Assembly (NCBI GenBank): GCA_945877575.1
Contig: CAMDUE010000006.1
Coordinates: forward strand, 32,767-96,766
Direction of reading: 5' to 3'
Origin: Chitinophaga pinensis
GTDB taxonomy: Bacteria > Bacteroidota > Bacteroidia > NS11-12g > UBA955
Length of the DNA: 64,000 nucleotides
The translations under genes were made by a program, and so were the position numbers. Every line of letters starts with the position of its first letter. Within the stretch, counting starts at the first letter, position 1. The notes below the pieces were generated by a model. The model did not search any database, was not told the DNA's origin, and saw only the letters and a list, made by a program, of their open reading frames with translations. Shown piece by piece: positions 19,898 to 29,549 of the stretch.

Positions 19898-20713
19898 TCA
19901 ATACGACTCTTTTTCCGAAGGGAAGTCTTTGCTTTTAACGTCTGAAATGTAGTTTCCAACCGCGCCCTTGATGTCTTCGTAGAGGTTTAGATATCTGCGT
20001 AGGAATCTGGGGTTGAATTGGTTGTTGATACCCAACATGTCGTGGAGTACTAAAACTTGGCCGTCAACACCGTTGCCAGCTCCGATGCCTATAACTGGAA
20101 TGTTTAGGTTTTCGGCAACTTTAGTAGCAAGGTGGGCGGGGATTTTTTCAAGAACTAACGCGAAACATCCCGCCTCCTCTAGTTTTTTACTGTCGTTGAT
20201 TAGTTTTTCGGCTTCTTCGTCTTCGGTAGCTCTAACTGTGTAGGTGCCAAATTTATAAATGCTTTGAGGTGTTAATCCTAAATGTCCCATGACAGGTACA
20301 CCAGCCGTCAGTATGCGCTTCACACTTTCTAGAATTTCATCGCCGCCTTCCATTTTTATGGCGTGAGCGCCGCTTTCTTTCATGATTCTAATGGCAGAAT
20401 TCAAGGCTTCCTTCGAATTGCCTTGGTAACTTCCAAAAGGCAAATCTACCACCACAAGAGCCCTCTCTACGCCTCTGACCACGCTACTGGCGTGATAGAT
20501 CATTTGATCTAAAGTTATGGGTAGTGTGGTTTCGTGCCCAGCCATAACGTTTGAAGCAGAGTCTCCAACCAAGATGGCGTCTATTCCAGCTGCATCAACA
20601 ATTTTGGCTAATGAGTAGTCGTATGATGTGAGCATCGATATTTTTTCTCCTCTTTGTTTCATTTCCATCAAAGAGTGAGTGGTTATTCTTTTGAATTCTT
20701 TATGTACAGACAT
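19898..20713 (-). CDS. panB: 3-methyl-2-oxobutanoate hydroxymethyltransferase
   Basis: [15 protein letters not shown] and KMEGG motifs. Confidence 0.95.
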   Translation of the reverse strand: MSVHKEFKRITTHSLMEMKQRGEKISMLTSYDYSLAKIVDAAGIDAILVGDSASNVMAGHETTLPITLDQMIYHASSVVRGVERALVVVDLPFGSYQGNSKEALNSAIRIMKESGAHAIKMEGGDEILESVKRILTAGVPVMGHLGLTPQSIYKFGTYTVRATEDEEAEKLINDSKKLEEAGCFALVLEKIPAHLATKVAENLNIPVIGIGAGNGVDGQVLVLHDMLGINNQFNPRFLRRYLNLYEDIKGAVGNYISDVKSKDFPSEKESY

Positions 20714-20793
20714 GATGAAAGTGCTGCAAAGTTGGTATTATTTTGGTCATCTCGAAATAAGTAAGTGATATTTTTTTAACTTTGAGGTTCTTT

Positions 20794-21780
20794 ATGAATT
20801 GGATTTCGAGGGTTTTATTGGGTTTGACACTGATTTTTATCAGCAGTTGTGACAACGAAGTTGATATTAATGCTGATTGGAAGGAAACCATTGTTGTGTA
20901 CGGACTGATTAATCCAAACGACTCCGTTCAATACATCAAAGTGAATAAAGCCTTCCTTAATGAAAATATAAGTGCATTGGTTGCGGCCAAAGAAGCAGAT
21001 AGTCTTTACATTAAATCAGTGGAAGTAAAGTTGATTGAAATCTATTCTGGCGCTGAGTATACGTTGACTAGGGTAAATAAACTTCCAAAAGATTCTGGTA
21101 TTTTTAACAGCTCAACCAATTATTTATATCAAACAACGGCAAAGATTGCTGAAAATCAACCATATAAATTGGTAGTTAAAAGTTTGGAAACCGGCAATTC
21201 AGTTGAAGCCGTTACCTGGACCGTGGGACGTACGCGTATTGAAGCACCTTTCAGAACTTCGAATCCGCAATTTTCGTTGGGTACGGAATACATAACTATA
21301 TCTTACGTGCCTGCTGCGAATTCTTATGCTTATGACATTAAGTTTTACGTTCAAGTGGATGAATTTAGAGCTAAAGACACAGGTTTCTTAGGTACAAAGA
21401 ATTTGAAATGGAATGTGATTACCAATTTCCCAGTGCCTAGAAGCAATGGGGGCGTGGCTCCAACCATTATTCATAAAATAGAGAGGGAAAGTCTTTTACA
21501 ATTTCTTTCTACTCAGTTAGATTCGGTGCCCACTATTTCGAGGAGAATTAAATCTGTTGGAATAGAGTTTTATGCGGGAAATCAAACGTTGGTTGATTAT
21601 ATATCTGTAAATGAGCCATCCATTGGAATTGTGCAGAAGCAGGCAGAATATTCGAATGTTTTTGGTGGATATGGACTTTTTGCGTCTCGGAGCACCCAAT
21701 CTATCATGAATGTGCCTGTAGATCCCACCTCAATAGGGATATTGAAAGTCAATAAATGGACTAGATACCTGAATTTTTAG
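20794..21780 (+). CDS. Hypothetical lipoprotein
   Basis: MNWISRVLLGLTLIFISSC lipobox from the ATG at 20794. No confident domain call. Confidence 0.5.
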   Translation: MNWISRVLLGLTLIFISSCDNEVDINADWKETIVVYGLINPNDSVQYIKVNKAFLNENISALVAAKEADSLYIKSVEVKLIEIYSGAEYTLTRVNKLPKDSGIFNSSTNYLYQTTAKIAENQPYKLVVKSLETGNSVEAVTWTVGRTRIEAPFRTSNPQFSLGTEYITISYVPAANSYAYDIKFYVQVDEFRAKDTGFLGTKNLKWNVITNFPVPRSNGGVAPTIIHKIERESLLQFLSTQLDSVPTISRRIKSVGIEFYAGNQTLVDYISVNEPSIGIVQKQAEYSNVFGGYGLFASRSTQSIMNVPVDPTSIGILKVNKWTRYLNF

Positions 21781-21931
21781 GGTCATTTTCAGACAACTTA
21801 GCAGATTCTTTTGGTTCTGTTGGATGTTTTGTCATTAATGCGATTCAACATCCCCCGAAAAACTGACAAATCGACATAAAAAGCCAATTGGCATTTCCTT
21901 TGATAGGTATGATGCAAAGAAAATTAGCATC

Positions 21932-23848
21932 ATGAGTAAAATAATTGGAATCGACTTAGGTACTACAAACAGCTGCGTTGCAGTGTTGGAAGGTAATGAA
22001 CCTGTGGTAATTGCAAACAGCGAAGGGCGTAGAACTACCCCATCCATTATTGCTTTCTTGGATAATGGAAATGGTGAGCGTAAAGTGGGTGATCCTGCTA
22101 AGCGCCAGGCCATCACCAATCCTAAAAACACCATCAACTCTATAAAGAGGTTCATGGGTGAGCAGTATTCAAAAATGACCAAAGAAATTGGTCGCATGCC
22201 CTATGAAGTGGTAAAAGGCGATAACGATACCCCGAGAGTGAAAATTGGTGATCGTACCTACACTCCTCAGGAGTTGAGCGCAATGGTTCTTCAGAAAATG
22301 AAGAAAACTGCCGAAGATTATCTTGGACAAGAAGTAACACGTGCGGTAATTACCGTTCCTGCATATTTCAACGATGCACAGCGCCAGGCAACAAAAGAGG
22401 CTGGTGAAATTGCTGGTTTGAAAGTAGAGCGTATCGTGAATGAACCAACTGCTGCGGCTTTGGCTTACGGTTTAGATAAAACCGATCGCGACATCAAAAT
22501 CGCGGTTTATGACTTGGGTGGTGGAACATTTGACGTATCGGTTTTAGAATTGGGTGACGGCGTATTTGAAGTTAAATCAACCAACGGTGATACTCATTTA
22601 GGTGGTGACGACTTTGATCAGGTTTTGATTGATTGGATGGCCGATGAGTTCAAATCTGAAGAGAATATTGATCTTAGAAAAGATGCAATGGCATTGCAGC
22701 GTTTGAAAGAGGCTGCTGAAAAGGCAAAAATTGAATTGTCAAGCAGCACAGAAACCGATATCAATTTGCCATACATCACTGCCGTTGACGGTGTGCCAAA
22801 ACACTTGGTTCGCAAATTGACTCGTGCTAAATTTGAACAATTGGCTGATAGCTTAATTAAACGTACTCTTGAGCCCTGTAAAGCGGCTTTAAGAGATGCT
22901 GGCATGTCTCCTTCGGATATAGATGAGGTTATCTTAGTAGGTGGATCAACCCGTATTCCTGCGATTCAGGAATTAGTAAAAGAATTCTTCGGAAAATTGC
23001 CATCGAAAGGGGTGAATCCAGATGAAGTAGTTGCAGTAGGTGCAGCCATCCAAGGAGGTGTTTTGACCGGTGAAGTTAAAGACGTGGTTTTATTGGACGT
23101 AACACCTTTGAGCTTGGGTATCGAAACCATGGGCGGTGTAATGACCAAAATGATTGAGTCGAACACTACCATTCCAACCAAGAAATCTGAGGTTTTCAGC
23201 ACAGCAGCAGACAACCAGCCTTCGGTAGAGATTCACGTTTTGCAAGGTGAGCGTTCTATGGCAACAGATAACAAAACCATTGGTCGCTTTATTTTGGACG
23301 GAATACCACCATCACCAAGAGGCGTTCCACAAGTTGAAGTAACTTTTGATATTGATGCGAACGGTATCTTAAATGTTTATGCGAAAGACAAAGCAACAGG
23401 AAAAGAACAAAAGATTCGCATTGAGGCAAGTTCAGGATTAAGCAAAGAAGATATTGAGCGTATGAAAAACGAAGCTGAAGCTAACGCTGAAGTAGATAGA
23501 CAGAGAAAAGAAGAAGTAGATAAATTCAACGCTGCTGATGCTTTGGTATTCCAAACAGAGAAACAATTAAAAGAATACGGAGAGAAAATTCCCGCCGATA
23601 AAAAAGCGCCAATTGAAGATGCATTGGGTAAATTGAAAGAAGCTGTATTGTCGAAGAACATGGCCGATATCGAAGCGCACACTGCAACTTTGAACACAGC
23701 TTGGCAAGCTGCCAGCGAAGATTTGTACAAAGCCACCCAAGGTGACGCCAATGCTGGCGACGCTTCCGGAGCAGGTGATGCCAATGCTGGCGGTTCTTCT
23801 GGAAAGGCCGACGAAGTACAAGACGTTGACTTCGAAGAGGTCAAATAA
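21932..23848 (+). CDS. dnaK: Molecular chaperone DnaK (Hsp70)
   Basis: [18 protein letters not shown] and [11 protein letters not shown] signatures; 638 aa. Confidence 0.98.
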   Translation: MSKIIGIDLGTTNSCVAVLEGNEPVVIANSEGRRTTPSIIAFLDNGNGERKVGDPAKRQAITNPKNTINSIKRFMGEQYSKMTKEIGRMPYEVVKGDNDTPRVKIGDRTYTPQELSAMVLQKMKKTAEDYLGQEVTRAVITVPAYFNDAQRQATKEAGEIAGLKVERIVNEPTAAALAYGLDKTDRDIKIAVYDLGGGTFDVSVLELGDGVFEVKSTNGDTHLGGDDFDQVLIDWMADEFKSEENIDLRKDAMALQRLKEAAEKAKIELSSSTETDINLPYITAVDGVPKHLVRKLTRAKFEQLADSLIKRTLEPCKAALRDAGMSPSDIDEVILVGGSTRIPAIQELVKEFFGKLPSKGVNPDEVVAVGAAIQGGVLTGEVKDVVLLDVTPLSLGIETMGGVMTKMIESNTTIPTKKSEVFSTAADNQPSVEIHVLQGERSMATDNKTIGRFILDGIPPSPRGVPQVEVTFDIDANGILNVYAKDKATGKEQKIRIEASSGLSKEDIERMKNEAEANAEVDRQRKEEVDKFNAADALVFQTEKQLKEYGEKIPADKKAPIEDALGKLKEAVLSKNMADIEAHTATLNTAWQAASEDLYKATQGDANAGDASGAGDANAGGSSGKADEVQDVDFEEVK

Positions 23849-23877
23849 TTAATAGTTTGTAGGTTTTAAATGGTGGA

Positions 23878-23903
23878 AGCCCTCGGAAACGGGGGCTTTT
23901 TTT
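23878..23903 (+). terminator. Rho-independent terminator of dnaK
   Basis: AAGCCCC...GGGGCTT hairpin followed by a T7 run. Confidence 0.8.
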
Positions 23904-24169
23904 GTACCTGGTACATGGTACCGGGTCCAAAGTCCAGAGTCCAGAGTCCAAAGTCCAAAGTCCAGAGTCCAAAGTCCGTGGTCCGTGGTCCGTGGTCCGT
24001 AGTCTGTAGTATATAGGCTAGTGTCAAGGGCAAGTGACTAAAGACGAGAGACTGGGGCCCGAAACCCGAAACCCGAAACTCGGTACCCGGCACCCGGTAC
24101 CCGCTACCCGCTACCCGGCACCCGGTACCCGGTACCAAGTACTAGGTACCATAGACCAAGTACCAAAAC
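23904..24169. repeat. Heptanucleotide repeat array C (38 units in unbroken 7-bp register)
   Basis: GTACCNG x3, GTCCARA x7, GTCCGTG x4, a core with GGCAAGTGAC and GACGAGAGAC, CCCGAAA x3, CCCGSYA x7, then CCAAGTA-type units. Confidence 0.95.
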
Positions 24170-24233
24170 ATGACAAATGTCAGGTTATTTAAAATAATTC
24201 TAAATAATATTTGCATACTCAAATTGAGTGATG

Positions 24234-24241
24234 TAGATTTG
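24234..24241 (+). promoter_or_regulatory. Candidate Bacteroidota -7 promoter box (TAnnTTTG)
   Basis: TAGATTTG lies 31 nt upstream of the likely receptor start codon at 24272. Confidence 0.3.
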
Positions 24242-24271
24242 TGTCAAATTAGAAAGATTCTAAATAAAAGG

Positions 24272-26476
24272 ATGATGGTGACAAGAATGATGAGAACAAT
24301 ATTGTGTGCGTGTGCAATGATTGCAATCCTTAATGCAAAAGCCCAAACAAAACCAGTTACTAAAGATACTACTAACGACTCAGATATAGCTCCCGTGGAA
24401 ATTGAGTCGGTAACCATTTTGGCTCCTAGAAAAGACGTAGGTCAAATTGTGCATTTGAGTGGATCTGAAATACTCATTACCCAAAAAGATCTGAAACGAT
24501 TTGATCAAGTTGATGCCAATCAATTGTTGCAATCGCAGCCTGGTGTTTATACCCAACAAGAAGATGGCTGGGGACTGAGAATGAACGTTGGATTGAGAGG
24601 GTCGGGGGTTTTGAGAAGCAGTAGGATTACACTGTTGGAAGATGGTATTCCAGTAGCTCCCGCTGCCTATGCATCGCCGGCGGCTTATTTTACTACGCCC
24701 ACTTGGAAGTATAGCAGCATCGAGATTTTAAAAGGATCGGCGCAGCTGATTACGGGTCCTCAAACCACCGGAGGTGCGATAAACTTTTTGACGCCTACTT
24801 TAGATGAAAAAACAGATTTGGCTGTATCTACATCCCTCGGAAACTTCGGACAAATAAGAAATTCGATACAAGGGGAGTTGGTGTTGGCGCCTAGGACTAG
24901 TGTTGGATTTGGATTTAACAGCAGTCGCGCTCAGGGTTTTAAAGAGTATAAAGGTAAAAATGCTTCAGGATATATTCTCAACGATGGATATGTTAAATTC
25001 GGCCAACATTTGGATAAAAGAGATTTGCACCATTTGGAATTTATGGCCAGTGGAACTCAAGAGTTTTCGAATCAAACGTATTTGGGTTTGACCGAGTTTG
25101 ATGCAATTAATAATCCTAGAGCCATGTATACAGCTGCCGCGAGAGATACAATGTATGTGCAACGTTTGATGACCCGTTTGTCTTATACAGCGAATTTGAA
25201 AAAAGGCTGGATTCGTGCTGATGTTTACAGACAATTTATTGACCGTAATTGGCATAAATTAGACAAAATTGATGGTGGTAACGGTTATCAAAGTATTGCA
25301 GATGTACTAATGGACCCAATAAAGTTTGCTCGTGAGATGGGTGCGATGACTGGGATTGATTCGGGAATGGCTCAAATTAAGTCGAATAAGAGAATTTATG
25401 TGAGCAGAGGGGTTCAAATTAAAGGACTATGGACGCAATCTATGGGTGCATTGAAAGTGACTCATGAGGGTGGAGCGAGAATTCATGCTGATTATGAAGA
25501 CCGTTTTCAACAAAACGACGATTATAAGATAAAAAACGGTGAAATAAATCCTGTAAAATGGGGAACTCTAGGTACAGATGCCAACCGAGTTGATTATGCT
25601 CAAGGATTGAGCGGATATTACAGAATGACGGCATCGTATCAGCTATGGACCATTCAGGCTGGTGTGAGAGGTGAGTCAGTGAAAGCGTGGAGAGAAGATT
25701 TTGGCAAATCAAATCCCAACAGAGAAAATAAAGACGTCAAAACCAGAGAAAATGCCGTTGACGAGTTGATGCCTGGTTTCAGTATCAATCGCAGAATGAG
25801 TAAAAATTGGTTGGCCTTTGGTGGTGTGCATCGCGGATTTACTCCTCCGGGTTCTACGCCGGGAGTCCTTCCAGAGAAAAGTACAAACTACGAATTGGGT
25901 GTTAAACATCATACTTTGCCCATCCAAATAACGTATTTCAGAAGCGAATACGATCAACTGATGGGCTCTGATATGGCAGCGTCTGGTGGTACTGGTTCTG
26001 GCGATATGTTCAATGGTGGACGTGCTTTGGTGGATGGGGTAGAGGCTCGCTATGGATTGAAATACAAGGGATTCATGTTTGAAGCAACGGCAACGTATAC
26101 GAAAGCTAGATTTACAGATTCGTTTAAGAGCACCTTCGAAGAGTGGGGAAATGTGCAAGTTGATGCCCCTTTGCCCTACATGCCAACCGCTCAAGGAACC
26201 TTGATATTGGGTTATACTTGGAAATCGGTTGATTTCTTTTGGCAGTCTGTTTACGGTAGCTCTCGCCGAAGCAGTTCCAGTTTACTTACAGATGATTTGC
26301 CAGCCAGTTGGGTTCATAATTTGAGCGTGAATTATCAGGCAACAAAGCGTTGGTCTTTTAGGATGTCAGCTCAAAATTTGACCAACGAACAGCATATCGT
26401 GGCTGCTCGTCCTGCGGGATACAGAACTTATGCTCCGCGCATGATTCTAGGAACGCTCACTTTCAGTATTCAATAA
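24272..26476 (+). CDS. TonB-dependent receptor
   Basis: Signal peptide MMVTRMMRTILCACAMIAILNAKAQ. Plug motifs ITLLEDGIPV and ILKGSAQLITGPQTTGGAINF. Long beta-barrel. The ORF-track start at 24170 lies in AT-rich promoter sequence. Confidence 0.8.
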   Translation: MMVTRMMRTILCACAMIAILNAKAQTKPVTKDTTNDSDIAPVEIESVTILAPRKDVGQIVHLSGSEILITQKDLKRFDQVDANQLLQSQPGVYTQQEDGWGLRMNVGLRGSGVLRSSRITLLEDGIPVAPAAYASPAAYFTTPTWKYSSIEILKGSAQLITGPQTTGGAINFLTPTLDEKTDLAVSTSLGNFGQIRNSIQGELVLAPRTSVGFGFNSSRAQGFKEYKGKNASGYILNDGYVKFGQHLDKRDLHHLEFMASGTQEFSNQTYLGLTEFDAINNPRAMYTAAARDTMYVQRLMTRLSYTANLKKGWIRADVYRQFIDRNWHKLDKIDGGNGYQSIADVLMDPIKFAREMGAMTGIDSGMAQIKSNKRIYVSRGVQIKGLWTQSMGALKVTHEGGARIHADYEDRFQQNDDYKIKNGEINPVKWGTLGTDANRVDYAQGLSGYYRMTASYQLWTIQAGVRGESVKAWREDFGKSNPNRENKDVKTRENAVDELMPGFSINRRMSKNWLAFGGVHRGFTPPGSTPGVLPEKSTNYELGVKHHTLPIQITYFRSEYDQLMGSDMAASGGTGSGDMFNGGRALVDGVEARYGLKYKGFMFEATATYTKARFTDSFKSTFEEWGNVQVDAPLPYMPTAQGTLILGYTWKSVDFFWQSVYGSSRRSSSSLLTDDLPASWVHNLSVNYQATKRWSFRMSAQNLTNEQHIVAARPAGYRTYAPRMILGTLTFSIQ

Positions 26477-26494
26477 TTGGCGTAAATTCGTGAC

Positions 26495-27121
26495 ATGCAG
26501 TTTCAACGACTGACTTTTGTCGCAGCCGCTCTCTTTTTCGGGGGATGTTTTATCGGGGGATGTACTTCTGAGTCATCGAACGGGTCAAATTCTGATACAG
26601 GATCTAGCTCTGAGATTTCTCCCCAAAAGGATTCACTTATAGTTGAAGGCGATCTCACAGCGAGTGAGTTGGATAGTTTTCGAATCAGACGGGCTTTTCA
26701 GTCTAGTGCAAAGAATTTCAATGAAGCATTCAGAACAGGTAATTTTGAGGAGTTTTTGAATTATTTGCATCCCTCAATAGTTGCTGCCAACGGCGGAAGA
26801 TCGTCCTTTAAAAGTAGATTAAAAGAAATTTACAATGCCAACGATACCGCCATGTACAGGCAAACGTTAATTGGGCCGGTTTCTCAAATGATTGGGGTTC
26901 GCGATCCCAAGGGAAATCTCACGGGTTGGTACTGTACTATGCCCGTAAGACGTTGGCTGAAAGGGGCTCCTGAACAAGAGTTTCAACTACAATGGCTGGG
27001 TGGGCAAACCTTGAATGCCGGTAAAAATTGCTATTTTATTGATATTACTCAAATAGAGAAAGAGAAAATTTACCAAATAATGCCTGATTTTAGGTACCTC
27101 TTAGAAAATCAAACTCGTTGA
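26495..27121 (+). CDS. Hypothetical lipoprotein
   Basis: A lipobox (FFGGC / IGGC) followed by a Ser-rich linker. Lies 18 nt downstream of the receptor gene. Confidence 0.5.
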   Translation: MQFQRLTFVAAALFFGGCFIGGCTSESSNGSNSDTGSSSEISPQKDSLIVEGDLTASELDSFRIRRAFQSSAKNFNEAFRTGNFEEFLNYLHPSIVAANGGRSSFKSRLKEIYNANDTAMYRQTLIGPVSQMIGVRDPKGNLTGWYCTMPVRRWLKGAPEQEFQLQWLGGQTLNAGKNCYFIDITQIEKEKIYQIMPDFRYLLENQTR

Positions 27122-27163
27122 TTTTTTTTACCATAGAGAACTTTCCTGATGTAACTTTGTCGC

Positions 27164-27820
27164 ATGAAATTTTTCATCGACACTGCAAATCTTGAACAAA
27201 TCCGCGAAGCGAATGACTTGGGTATTCTTGACGGAGTAACTACCAATCCATCTCTCATGGCTAAAGAGGGAATCACAGGCGAAGAAGCCGTTATGAAACA
27301 CTACAAAGACATCTGTGAAATCGTAGATGGTGATGTAAGTGCTGAAGTTATTTCAACAAACTTTGAAGGAATGGTTGCCGAAGGCGAAAAACTAGCGGCC
27401 ATTCACGAAAATATTGTGGTTAAAGTTCCCATGATCAAAGACGGAATCAAAGCCATCCGTTATTTTTCTGATCGTGGAATTCGCACCAATTGCACTTTGG
27501 TATTTTCTGCCGGACAAGCCATTTTAGCAGCAAAAGCAGGCGCAACTTATTTATCTCCGTTCATTGGTAGAATTGACGACATGAATTGGGATGGAATGGA
27601 ACTCATCAAACAAATTGCTGAAATCTATGCTGTACAAGGATATGAAACTCAAATTCTTGCAGCAAGCATCAGAAATCCATTGCATATTGTAAAGAGTGCT
27701 CAATTCGGCGCAGATGTAGTAACTTGTCCGTTGAGCGCCATACTTGGCATGCTAAAACACCCATTGACAGACATCGGATTGGCACAATTCTTAGCTGATC
27801 ACGCGAAGGCGAGTAAATAG
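27164..27820 (+). CDS. fsa: Fructose-6-phosphate aldolase / short transaldolase (family 3B)
   Basis: MKFFIDTAN, GVTTNPSL, VKVP and SPFIGR motifs; 218 aa. Confidence 0.9.
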   Translation: MKFFIDTANLEQIREANDLGILDGVTTNPSLMAKEGITGEEAVMKHYKDICEIVDGDVSAEVISTNFEGMVAEGEKLAAIHENIVVKVPMIKDGIKAIRYFSDRGIRTNCTLVFSAGQAILAAKAGATYLSPFIGRIDDMNWDGMELIKQIAEIYAVQGYETQILAASIRNPLHIVKSAQFGADVVTCPLSAILGMLKHPLTDIGLAQFLADHAKASK

Positions 27821-27822
27821 TA

Positions 27823-28018
27823 GTCTATGGTCCATAGTCCATAGTCGGTGGGCGATAGTCCGTGGTCGGTGGTCGTGAGACGAGGGGCAAGTGACGAGAG
27901 GCGAGGGGCGAGAGACCAGAGGCGAGTGTCTAGGGGCTGCTCTCCCCGAAACCCGAAACCCGAAACCCGATACCTGATACCCGATACCTGATACCCGGTA
28001 CCCGGTACCCGCTCCCCG
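27823..28018. repeat. Heptanucleotide repeat array D (28 units in unbroken 7-bp register)
   Basis: GTCCATA/GTCCGTG/GTCGGTG units, a purine-rich core with GGCAAGTGAC, AAACCCG x3, ATACCYG x4 and GTACCCG x2. Starts 2 nt after the fsa stop. Confidence 0.95.
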
Positions 28019-28065
28019 AAATAAAAACCTTTTCCGATTAGTCTTGTTACTTATTTAAAATTACC

Positions 28066-28479
28066 TTGGGAAGACGAGTAGCTGTATATCGAACCGCACA
28101 TTTCAACGCCGCACACCGATTGAATGTCCCTCAGTGGACAGAAGAAGAAAACAAAAAATTCTTCGGGCTGTGCAACAACAATAATTATCACGGGCACAAT
28201 TACGATTTGCAAGTGAGAGTTGAGGGGGAAGTTGATGAAGTGACCGGTTATTTGATAGATATGAAGGTGCTGAAAGATATGATAGATGAAGACGTGATTG
28301 AGGCATTTGATCACAAGAACTTAAATCTTGATGTACCAGAATTCAAGGAGTTAAATCCTACAGCAGAGAACATCGTTTGGGTTATTTGGAAGAAGTTAAG
28401 AAACCGATTGGGAGAAGAGTTTAATCTCAGTGTGAGATTGTATGAAACACCCAGAAATTTTGTAGAATTCAATGGATAA
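28066..28479 (+). CDS. queD: 6-carboxy-5,6,7,8-tetrahydropterin synthase
   Basis: FNAAHRL and CNNNNYHGHNY (Cys plus the HxH zinc site); 137 aa; apparent TTG start. Confidence 0.85.
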   Translation: MGRRVAVYRTAHFNAAHRLNVPQWTEEENKKFFGLCNNNNYHGHNYDLQVRVEGEVDEVTGYLIDMKVLKDMIDEDVIEAFDHKNLNLDVPEFKELNPTAENIVWVIWKKLRNRLGEEFNLSVRLYETPRNFVEFNG

Positions 28480-29155
28480 AGACAATATAAACAAGATACT
28501 TTCTCAATGGGATGAAATGGGTGACTCACATGTGGGAAGTTCTAAAGAAACTCCCATGAGAGAAGGTGCCTTCGAAATGGATGACCAATTAAAGATTGAG
28601 TTAATCGCTAAGCATTTCAAAGAAATCATGCACGTATTGGGGCTCGATTTAACTGATGATAGCCTCAAAGGCACGCCGATGAGGGTAGCTAAAATGTATA
28701 TCAATGAGCATTTCAAGGGATTGGATCCTAAGAATAAACCACAACCCACGTTGTTCGAGAATTCTTATGATTACACTGAAATGTTGGTTGAGAAAGACAT
28801 TACTTTTTACAGCACTTGCGAACACCATTTTGTGCCCATTTTTGGTAGAGCCCATTTGGCTTATTTCTCGAACGGCAATGTGATTGGACTTTCAAAGTTG
28901 AACCGAATTGTTGATTATTATTCAAAACGTCCGCAAGTTCAAGAACGATTAACCATTCAAATTGCGGAAGAGTTGAAAGAGGTTTTGCAGACTCAAGATG
29001 TAGCAGTAATCATGGATGCTAAGCACTTATGTGTTGCTAGTAGAGGCATAAAAGATACTTCATCGTCAACGGTGACATCAAGCTTTCACGGAAGATTTAA
29101 CGATCCAGAAGTGAGATCTGAATTGCTGAAATATATCACTTCTACGCCTCAGTAA
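28472..29155 (+). CDS. folE: GTP cyclohydrolase I
   Basis: CEHHFVPI and RPQVQERLT motifs. Overlaps queD by 8 nt. Confidence 0.95.
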   Translation: MDKDNINKILSQWDEMGDSHVGSSKETPMREGAFEMDDQLKIELIAKHFKEIMHVLGLDLTDDSLKGTPMRVAKMYINEHFKGLDPKNKPQPTLFENSYDYTEMLVEKDITFYSTCEHHFVPIFGRAHLAYFSNGNVIGLSKLNRIVDYYSKRPQVQERLTIQIAEELKEVLQTQDVAVIMDAKHLCVASRGIKDTSSSTVTSSFHGRFNDPEVRSELLKYITSTPQ

Positions 29156-29206
29156 ATAGTTTTTGAATTTTGCCGCAAAAATTGAGGTGAATTATCAAAA
29201 AATGTT

Positions 29207-29214
29207 TATTTTTG
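29207..29214 (+). promoter_or_regulatory. Candidate -7 promoter box (TAnnTTTG) for tRNA-His
   Basis: TATTTTTG lies about 52 nt upstream of the tRNA. A GTAACAC-N10-GTGTTAC hairpin (29226-29250) sits in the predicted leader. Confidence 0.3.
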
Positions 29215-29265
29215 CACCTCGATAAGTAACACTTATTCGTTGGTGTTACTGCCAAAGCGAAATAC

Positions 29266-29340
29266 GGCGGTCGTAGCTCATCTGGTTAGAGCGCCAGTTT
29301 GTGGATCTGGAGGTAGCCGGTTCGATCCCGGTCGGTCGCC
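29266..29340 (+). tRNA. tRNA-His (anticodon GTG)
   Basis: Hand-folded cloverleaf.
- Acceptor stem GCGGTCG/CGGTCGC with 2 G-T pairs.
- D stem GCTC/GAGC.
- Anticodon stem CCAGT/TCTGG with a T-T at positions 31:39.
- Anticodon loop TTGTGGA, with the anticodon at 29301-29303.
- T arm GCCGG-TTCGATC-CCGGT.
- Encoded G-1 (29266) opposite C73, the bacterial tRNA-His hallmark.
- CCA is not encoded. Confidence 0.9.
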
Positions 29341-29343
29341 CTT

Positions 29344-29373
29344 AAAAAAGAGGACTTTTGGTCCTCTTTTTTT
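29344..29373 (+). terminator. Rho-independent terminator after tRNA-His
   Basis: A6-GAGGAC-TTTTG-GTCCTC-T8. Confidence 0.85.
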
Positions 29374-29549
29374 GTGGAAATAATTTTCAATTTTCGAATT
29401 CCTTGCTGAACCCAATAAAGTTGGTTGTTGAGGTTTTTTGTTGATAAATTGAGGCCTCAATTACTTTGATAATTAAAAGTTTTATTGCTATCTTTTTAAA
29501 CTTTATTTTGTCAATAAAGTTAACAATTTAAAAAATTAATCTTAGTTAT

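Noticed and set aside
21781-21931. A CIRCE-type (TTAGCACTC-N9-GAGTGCTAA) heat-shock operator upstream of dnaK.
   Set aside because: Only a poor partial match (TTAGCAGAT...) is present. A 10-bp palindrome, GCCAATTGGC (21883-21892), exists but has no known meaning.
23866-24138. A 90-aa minus-strand ORF (MVPGTGCRVAGSGYRVPGTEF...GLWTLDFGLWTLDFG) covering array C.
   Set aside because: It is a translation of the heptad array, where a 7-bp period produces 7-aa pseudo-repeats in any frame. It runs antisense through the dnaK terminator, has no plausible translation-initiation context, and has no counterpart ORF in the other three arrays.
24170-24271. The N-terminal 34 codons of the ORF-track model for the TonB-dependent receptor.
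   Set aside because: This stretch is AT-rich promoter-like sequence containing a TAGATTTG box. The signal peptide begins at the Met cluster at 24272-24290.
28019-28065. A preQ1 riboswitch upstream of queD-folE, or a SAM/B12 riboswitch upstream of the MetH-like gene.
   Set aside because: Only about 45 nt separate array D from queD, and they lack the preQ1 aptamer consensus. The MetH-like gene starts 1 nt after the preceding ORF, leaving no room for a leader.
29278-29460. A 60-aa minus-strand ORF.
   Set aside because: It lies antisense over tRNA-His and its terminator, so it is an artefact.
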